DNA of 46,153 nucleotides from Chromera velia (taxonomy: Eukaryota): the NCBI GenBank assembly GCA_018398765.1, contig JAHBMJ010000522.1:1-46153 (forward strand), in the 5' to 3' direction. Of this stretch, positions 38,097 through 46,153 are shown in pieces; within the stretch, counting starts at the first letter, position 1, and each line of letters begins with the position of its first letter. The position numbers were made by a program, and so were the translations under genes. Under the pieces are notes generated by a model. The model did no database searches. It was not told the origin of the DNA and worked only from the letters and a program-made list of their open reading frames with translations.

Positions 38097-41000
38097 CTAC
38101 ACTGAGCCGGACAAACTCAAATTCTGGCGGCGAAGCGACTGCAAAGTCTCTGACAACTCTGCGGCCCTCAACGGTTTGTGAATCACCCTCGCGGCCCCCG
38201 CCTTGAGGAACATTTCATCGCAGTGGACGTCCCCTGTGCACCCGAGCAGAAGGGGAACTGCTTGGGCAGGCATAGGGGAAGCAGGGGACGCACGTGTCTT
38301 CTTGTCGTCAGATTTTTCATCCTGAGACTCATTCTGTGCATCTCTCTGATTCCTCTCATTTTCATGCCCCCCCTTTCCCCCTGAGGCCCCCATTTTCTGC
38401 TTCTCCCGTTGCTGAAGGGTTCGGGCAAAGTGATTTCGAATCTGCCGCACTGCCTCCGGCCCGTTCATTCGAGCCATGTTGTTATCCATTAGGACCAGAC
38501 GGAAGTTCAGGCGGCGGCGCACGAGAAGATCAACAGCCTCGTCCCCGTCGCTGGCTGTCTTCACAGAGTACCCCAACCGTTTGATTGCCGCCTTCCCTGC
38601 CAACAGACAGAACTGATCATCATCAACAATCAGCACATCTGCCTCGTAGACAGGGGAAGAAACACAAGCAGACGGACAGGAAGGTGAGTCAGGTAGAGCT
38701 GAAGTGTCTTGCTGCCGGTGGATGTCATCTCGAACCTCTTGTTGTTTCTGCTGTCCAGAAGGTCCCTCAACCTCTTCGGACTCACTTTGAGAGGAACACC
38801 TGCACATACTCATTCTCTTTTTTGCCACACGAGTAATTCCTTGCCGTCGGGGAGTGGCTGCACTTACAAAGAGGTCAGCCATGGTCGACGGGGCATTCAG
38901 AGGTTTGACATTTCCTGGGGGAAGAGGCGAATCTAGCTCGGCAGGTGGACCGCCGTCGTTGCTTGCCCCTTTGACAAGAGGGAGGAACAGCTGGAAGAAG
39001 AAAGTACTGCCCCTACCGGGACCCTCACTCTCCACACCTATCTGCCCCCCCCCATGGGCCTCCACAAAGCTCTTGCAAATGCACAAACCCAGACCCGTGC
39101 CCCCCCCGTTCTGCAACTCCCCCGACCGAATCTGAGAGTACGGCTTGAATAGTTTCTGCATCTCTTCCTCACTCAGACCGGGCCCTGTGTCTCTCACGCT
39201 CACCCTCAGAACTGCACAGGGCAACCTCCCTTCTTTTGTCTCCTCCTTCACAAGCTCTTCCCCCCCACTGTCCATTTCGTTCTCTTCCTTCTGCAGATCT
39301 CGGAGCTCGCAGATGGCCTCTCTCCACTGCTTGGTGGCAGTGGTAGTCACCTTCTCTTCGCCCCCGACAGGGAAGAAAGGCTTCACACCGCCCCCCCGCT
39401 GACTCTTACTTGGAGGCGGAGAGCCCAAGACATCTTTTTTGCTTGAAGGGGACTCGGAAGCAGCGGCTGAAGAAGGGAGGGAGACGAGGCTTAGAAAATG
39501 TTCCTGTTCATCTTCACTGGGAGACCTCAGCTTGCCCTCCACACGCACTTCCCCCCTCTTGGTGAACTTCCGAGCGTTGCTCACGAAGTTTCCCATCACC
39601 TGCTCGAGCCTCCGGAAATCGGCAACGCCCACCTGCACGCACGCACGCTTCTCTCCTCATTGATCGATCGATCTTGACATGTGGAGACATGTACACAAAA
39701 GGATCAGCAAAATCTCATGCAGCCGGTGCGTCGACATTCATTCACGCCCACACATACATACACACACGCACACACGCTTGCACGCACACACACGGCCTTT
39801 GACATATAAACGCTGAGCATTCTCGGGACAAGATCATGAACAAACTGAAGACCACACAATGAAGGAAGCAGACTGATTGACTGACTGACCGAGTGGGTTT
39901 CCATCTCCCTTTCGATCTCCGGAGAGACCTCAAAGGCCCAACTGAAGCGGACGGCCGTTGGGGGCCCCGAGCCTGAGGCAGACGGCCCTTTTGCCTCCTC
40001 ATCTCCGCTTGAGCACTCGCTACTGGTCCTTCTCACCTTTTCACTCGACCCCCTCCCCTCCTCCCCCCTTATCGTTTTCTTTTCACATTCCTTTCCCCCT
40101 GCCGAGGGCAACCCAAGCACAGGCTCACCAAAGAGAGGGGCCGTCTGTGCCGTGACGTCTTCAAACCACGCCCGCACGTCCTGAGAAGAGAACACAAACT
40201 CGAACCCCCCCCTATCTAGCTTCTCCATCTGCAGCACGTCGTCGCACACTCCCCTCATCTTGTCCGTCTGCCCACTGAGAAGGACAGCCAGACGGAGAAG
40301 ACGGAGGAGCTTCCGTCTGGTCACCCGCGCACTCGCAGACGCGCAGTCATCGGCGACTGAGAGGACTTCATTCAACATCGACTGGAACTCGGAGACCAAA
40401 AGAGAGGCCCCGGAAAGCGGGTTTCGCATCTCGTGCATAATGTACGACATGAAGCTTTTGCGCCCCTTTTCCGCCTTCTCCCTTAGAATAAGTTCTTTGA
40501 ATGCTTCTGCAATTGTGACCTTCACCCCCTCTCTGTACTTAATCACCAAGATTGTAATAAAGCTAAGTTGTACGACCACGACCTTGCAAATCTCTGGACC
40601 GTCGATCGGCCCTGCCTCGGCCGCAAAAATCGTGAACGTCAGAAAGATGGTCAGGCATGTGTCCATGAGATGGAGGAAGTGGAAGTGCACGTCGGAATAG
40701 TGGAGACACGTCAAGCCCATCTTCAGGAGCGCCCCTGCATGCAGGTACTCAGACAGACAGACAGACAGACAGGTAAGTGACAGCCTCCATGAGTTTTTGT
40801 CTTTTGTCTTTTTGTCCTTTTGATGACTTATGAATCGAATCGAAAGGGGCAGACGGCCGGACAGGCAAACACGCGGAAGAAGAAAATGATGCGTCGTCAC
40901 TCATTTTGAAGTCTCTGAATTGAAAGAACTTCTCGATCTACTGTTGTATTTTCCATCTGCAAACCGGATTATGAGCTGCCCCGGCCCCCTTGGCATACGT

Positions 41001-41668
41001 TTCCGTTCACACGCGCGCGGATGAAATGGTGCAAACTCGAAGAGTGTGTGTGTGAGAGAGAGAGAGAGAGGGAGAAAGAGAGAGGGGGGGNNNNNNNNNN
41101 NNNNNNNNNNNNNNNNNNNNNNNNNNNNNNNNNNNNNNNNNNNNNNNNNNNNNNNNNNNNNNNNNNNNNNNNNNNNNNNNNNNNNNNNNNNNNNNNNNNN
41201 NNNNNNNNNNNNNNNNNNNNNNNNNNNNNNNNNNNNNNNNNNNNNNNNNNNNNNNNNNNNNNNNNNNNNNNNNNNNNNNGGGGGGGGGGGGGTTGGCATG
41301 GACGCACACAAACCATGAAAGCCGACAGTCTCCGCGCGCAGAACGAGAGATGTGTTTGTCTTCATCGCCAGTGCATTTGCAGCTTGGAAGAGAATGATGT
41401 GTATTGCCATGGCGATAAACGAAATTCGTTCTCGAAAGTCCATATTCGCCTCTGTTACTTTCGCCTCCTTCCCCTGAATGCCCAACAGCCCTTTCCTCAC
41501 TGCCGTGATAAGTCTCTCCGCTTCCTCTGGAGCGACGCTCCACATGAGGAGACATCCTCCGAAGAGAAGGCAGGAGGAGAGGGGGAAGAGACCGAAAAAA
41601 CGGATCATGAAAATGTCGATAACGCCAGGAATGACAGTGTGAATGACAAGAGGCTTTAGAAGGGAAAG

Positions 41669-41705
<37 letters not shown>

Positions 41706-42303
41706 TATATATACACACCTATATACACACATTCGCGTGACAATTTCGCGTGGAGATACATATAAAGAGGGTGGCGGGATATGAAGAGAAAGAGGAACAG
41801 ATGAAGCGCAGAGTGATGAGAAGAAGAGAAGAAAGGAGCAAAGAAAAAAGCAGAAAAACACGTGGCATCAATAAAATAAGGCGCATGAGGAAAATGGGGG
41901 GGGCAAAAAAAGAAACGAAGAGGGCACCGAATTACTCCAGGGTCACGCGTAGCCCTTCTTGCACAGTTTCTCGCATCGTGTCATTTTTCTTTTATTTGCT
42001 CAGAAGACAAACTCTGCCGTGCGCATACGCAACACCTTTTACACGTGGACGGAAGCCGCGTTGCTGAATGCCTTGGAGCGTGCAACACAATGGCTACCAA
42101 AGCCAACAGGCCAATAAATGAGAGAAACCAAAGACAATACTTATAGACACACGGAACAGGAAGACCGAGGAGGGTGAAATGGGTTGTACAACCGGTCCGA
42201 CCTGCTTTGCAAAGCACTTTTTTCGAAAGTTGGACTTCTCGAGAAGGAGAAAGTGCTCCAAGTTTCCTGTCTCGCCCCTTTTGCCGTTTTTCGACTCCTC
42301 CAT
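38097..42303 (-). CDS. Membrane-bound hybrid histidine kinase HK1 (~6 TM - HisKA - HATPase_c - receiver), ~945 aa
   Basis: Exons 42303-42202, 41668-41314, 40734-39890, 39632-38097. H-box SYIMHEMRNPL; N-box EQVMGNFVSNARKFT; G1 VRDTGPG; F LFKPYSQ; G2 GGTGLGLCIC; REC VLIVDDD...LVLMDNNM...GCTG...HKPL. Confidence 0.92.
40070..40477 (-). repeat. Left arm of 408-bp inverted repeat (partner 45746-46153)
   Basis: Reverse complement matches 45746-46153 except 40266/45957. Confidence 0.95.
41091..41279. other. Assembly gap (Ns) inside HK1 intron 2
   Basis: Run of N flanked by poly-G. Confidence 0.99.
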
Positions 42304-42646
42304 CTTCAATTTCAGTCTTCGACTACAGTAACAGGGAAGCGTCCGAGAGTGCAAGAGTGCAAACCAACCAGGCACATGAACCGTCACGCTGTTCTATTCC
42401 AGGCAGAAAATTGACTGACCTACCTTCAGATATATAGGTATGGATATATATAGTTCAAGCCACCCAACCTGTTTTTTGTGCGCGTCTTTGTGAGCTCGCT
42501 TCCACAATGTTGACCCACTTTGCGACCATTGATTCTGGATCTCAGTGCACGGAAGCCTGTAATGAGTCAAAAGAATTAATTTCTGAGACTGCATGTGAGA
42601 GAGCACTCAATGAGAGTCTCGCTCGAGAGACTATATTTGCGTGAGC

Positions 42647-42765
42647 CTGCATGGCGCGGGCCGCGGGTGCATGCATGGCGGGCCGCGACGCGGCAACCGC
42701 GCGGCCCGCGCCGCCCGACGCATGCATGCATGAAAGGAAGGATCCCCTTGCATGCATGCATGAAG
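42647..42765. promoter_or_regulatory. Putative bidirectional promoter core of the HK pair
   Basis: Three TGCATGCA tracts; CCGCGCGGCCCGCGC at 42697-42711 with an inverted partial copy gcgcgggccgcg at 42654-42665. Confidence 0.55.
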
Positions 42766-43038
42766 GCACTGCAATAGAACTCGATCAGCTATATAGGCTG
42801 ATAACATCCTTCACTGCCAAGCAACCTCCCTGATAAATCTTTGAGAAGACGTTATGTACACACGACCCACAGACTGACACTTGTATCGATAGTCTCTGCA
42901 CCACGTCGGACCCGTCAATTGTGAGTAACAGCAGGCGAGATTCCGTGTGTGCGTGTAGATTGCAGGTCAGAATTTACGACAGCTGGGTCGATCAGTGAAG
43001 GCCTCTTTCGTGGACCCCAAGCAACTGAGAGAGAGTAG

Positions 43039-43446
43039 ATGGAGGGCCCAAAAAGCAGCAAGCAGGCAGAGGCTACCGACTCCGGGGAGCCTCTGTCACA
43101 GGAGGAAAAATTGAACTTTAGGAAGAAGTGCATGGCCAAGCAGGTCAGTCAAATTGACTAGCGAATCTAGGGGAAGCCTCGTGATCTCCGGCGAGAAAGA
43201 AGGTTTCGATGAATGCTCGCAAAGAATCGCCAGGTTTGCAGGGTATCTGAGATCCAATCGTTCACAACAGCAATGGTTCATTCAAAGAGCAGAGAGAGAG
43301 AGAGAGAGAGAGAGAGAGCCATCGGAGAGTTGTAGCCAGAAATCCATATATTAATATATACGTATGTATTTATATATATGCCCCCATGCATATATACGCA
43401 AACCGATTTTTATCTGGACCGTCCGTCTGCCCTCGCTTAGATGTTG

Positions 43447-43481
<35 letters not shown>

Positions 43482-43630
43482 TTTTTTTTCTTTCTTTCTT
43501 TCTTTCTTTCTTTCTTTCCTTCTTTCTTTCTTTCTTGCTTGCTTGCTTGCCCAAAATTGTTCCAGCGTCTTTTGCTTCACATGTGAGTCCAAGAAACATA
43601 ACACTTCTTGTTCGCGAGTGCGTATGTGCG

Positions 43631-43681
<51 letters not shown>

Positions 43682-43682
43682 G

Positions 43683-43722
<40 letters not shown>

Positions 43723-45211
43723 TGTGAGAGAGAGAGAGACTGAGAAAGAGCTTGCGATTGTGTGATTGTGTGAGTGTGCGCGTAGCGTGTGCGCCTCCGT
43801 AACGAAAAACCATCGATTTTATCTTCGTGCATGTTTTCCTTTTCCTGCGTGCAGTTGGATCATATGGCGCCTCTGATCTTGCAAATCTTCTTTCCGTGTC
43901 TGCTTATCACTTTCTTGGTGGGCATGTGGGGGCTGATCCCTCTGCACAGTGCGATGATCTACGTGGCGTGCCTTGCCACTGCATGCATGTGTCTCTTGGA
44001 GTCCCCAATCTGTTCTTAGGTACGCCAGATTTCTAAATTCCTTCAATGCTCTAATTTGGAATAGATTTAGACAGAAGGACGTTGGCTTGCATCGCTTCCT
44101 TTGCGTTTCTCCTTCTTTCCTTCTGAAAGCGTGTCTACTTTCCCGTTTCTCCCTCCCTCCCTTCCCTCCTCCCTCCCCTCCTCCCTCCCTCCCTCCCTGT
44201 CATTTCCATTTTTTGCATACCCGTCCATTCATTCATCCATCTTCCTACCTACCTATCTGTCCGTTAACTAGTCTATCTTCCTTTCCACATGCGTGTTTAT
44301 TTGTCTCTGTGCCTCTTTCTGTCTCCCAGCACCTGTATGTGTGTTTGTCCACGTGTTTGTGCAAAATCCATCTGTGTGTGTGCTCAGAGTGTGCCCCCAA
44401 TGGCTTCTTCCAGTCCCTCGAGGAGATCAATTTGGAGAGACCCGACCTTCTTCTCTCGGAAGGGTCAAGAACCACAAAGAAGACAAAGAAGGAGTAGACG
44501 AAGAGGAATTGGAGGACGCTCTGCTGGATCTGAGAGATACAATTACCTTTGTAGCGACACTACTCCACATTCTCTTCTTCCATGCTGGAAGTGTTGTCCA
44601 TACTATGCACCCTCCAGTGAGAAGGGCGGCGATACACGGATTTCACGGTCTGTCTGTCGGTCGGTGTTTCTTTCGTATTCTTATTTTCAGACCTTGCCCA
44701 CCAGCCGGCCAAGCAGACGGAGAGACAGACAGAACAAGAGATGCAACAGACAGTCTGCACAACAGTCTGATCATGGTAGGGCTACTGTGACACCAGAGGG
44801 AGGGAACACATCTGTCACCTTCTTCTTGCTTCATGCCCTGCGTTCTCTGGAACTGCCTTTTCTTCTGCCTAGAAAGAAGTTTTCTGTTTATCGATAGTAT
44901 TTGGTGCTGCATGCAGCCAATCTGATGAAGCTGTCGATCATGTGTCTGCACTTCTCCGACTTCCACTTTTTGTTCCTTCACATTCTGGACACTGTCGTTT
45001 ACCTGATCGTGACATGGACTGTTATCCTTGAGGAAGTCGGCACAGTGGACGGGTCAGAGGTTGGTCCACCGTCTGCACTATTGGCGCAATTCTGTGCTTC
45101 TCTATGAAGAATTCCTGGCATGCCACTTTAGCGGAGCAGTACGTTTTCAAAGAGGAGTCCGACCTGGTGAAGTATTGTGGATTGATCGATGTGCAGTCTG
45201 TTCTCTCAAGG

Positions 45212-45256
<45 letters not shown>

Positions 45257-46153
45257 GAGCACTTATGCCAACGAAAAGCTAATCACAGAAAGGGTGCACA
45301 TTCTACGTCTACACATCAGTTAGGCTTCTGGGACCAACAAAAAGTGCATGAGTCGCTTCCCTCCCTCCCTCCCTCCCTATCTCCCTGTCCTCTTTCTTCC
45401 CCCTGCGTCTGTAGGTCATTCATACACTGACTTGTTCTCACCGATCCCAAAGCAGTCTTTGCCTTGCCCTCTCCCCACGTCATGCAAAACAGAGAAAACA
45501 CGTGAATATGTGAGAGAGCTTGTAAGATCTCCACAATGACAGTGAACTTGACGTCAAACCTCTGTGTGCAGTAATCACAACAAAAGTCGACGTTTCCTTC
45601 CGACAACACCTTTTCCCTCCAATCCATGCAGGTTTGCATAACTATGACGGTCTCCTCCGTGCTCCTCCTGTTGATCGTCGCCAAATTTCGTGAATTGGTC
45701 AGCGTGACTATCGCAGCCGCACATCGCGAACTGATTTTGAGAGAAAAGGCGGAAAAGGGGCGCAAAAGCTTCATGTCGTACATTATGCACGAGATGCGAA
45801 ACCCGCTTTCCGGGGCCTCTCTTTTGGTCTCCGAGTTCCAGTCGATGTTGAATGAAGTCCTCTCAGTCGCCGATGACTGCGCGTCTGCGAGTGCGCGGGT
45901 GACCAGACGGAAGCTCCTCCGTCTTCTCCGTCTGGCTGTCCTTCTCAGTGGGCAGATGGACAAGATGAGGGGAGTGTGCGACGACGTGCTGCAGATGGAG
46001 AAGCTAGATAGGGGGGGGTTCGAGTTTGTGTTCTCTTCTCAGGACGTGCGGGCGTGGTTTGAAGACGTCACGGCACAGACGGCCCCTCTCTTTGGTGAGC
46101 CTGTGCTTGGGTTGCCCTCGGCAGGGGGAAAGGAATGTGAAAAGAAAACGATA
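43039..46153 (+). CDS. Membrane-bound histidine kinase HK2, paralog of HK1, 3'-truncated by the window end
   Basis: Exons 43039-43143, 43855-~43988 (donor uncertain), 44388-44647, 44917-45059, 45632->46153. EKLNFRKKCMAKQ matches HK1 EKSNFRKKCFAKQ; H-box SYIMHEMRNPL. Confidence 0.88.
45746..46153 (+). repeat. Right arm of 408-bp inverted repeat (partner 40070-40477); runs off the window
   Basis: 407/408 identity to the reverse complement of 40070-40477 by manual comparison. Confidence 0.95.

Noticed and set aside
40530..41668. Histidine-kinase rhodopsin
   Set aside because: Only ~6 hydrophobic segments, with no recognisable retinal-binding DxxxK helix or RYxxW motif
41981..42217. Hydrophobic ORF as an extra TM exon of HK1
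   Set aside because: Exon 1 splices in phase to 41668 and HK2 aligns without an equivalent segment
4044..46153. Numerous ORFs rich in [12 protein letters not shown] or ERKK repeats
   Set aside because: They are translations of (CA)n, (GACT)n and (GAAA)n microsatellites, or antisense shadows of real exons
1..46153. tRNA/rRNA genes, autonomous transposons, telomeric arrays
   Set aside because: No recognisable RNA-gene signatures, transposase or RT ORFs, or TTTAGGG arrays by eye; tRNAscan/Infernal could not be run

Overview
Eukaryotic, intron- and microsatellite-rich draft-assembly DNA. Abundant TGCATGCA, GTCAGT donors and TGCAG acceptors suggest a chromerid or other apicomplexan relative such as Chromera (inference). 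Most ORF-track entries are microsatellite or antisense noise. Manual splicing gives seven genes: (1) an intronless GT25 glycosyltransferase (-); (2) a ~25-exon multi-EF-hand protein (-); (3) a PARP6/8-like mono-ADP-ribosyltransferase fused to a UBE2Q-like E2 (+); (4,5) a head-to-head pair of signal-peptide paralogs whose spliced C-termini resemble a ParB/sulfiredoxin fold; (6,7) a head-to-head pair of ~6-TM hybrid histidine kinases with diverged sensors but 407/408-nt identical transmitter DNA. All three divergent pairs have ~0.74-0.82 kb between start codons and a central TGCATGCA cluster. Introns carry a recurring tiny fold-back insertion (core TCATACAGAA/TTCTGTATGA) flanked by 16-32 bp direct duplications, plus an 87-bp array that multiplies an in-frame splice donor. 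Exon models are hand-derived and have no transcript support.
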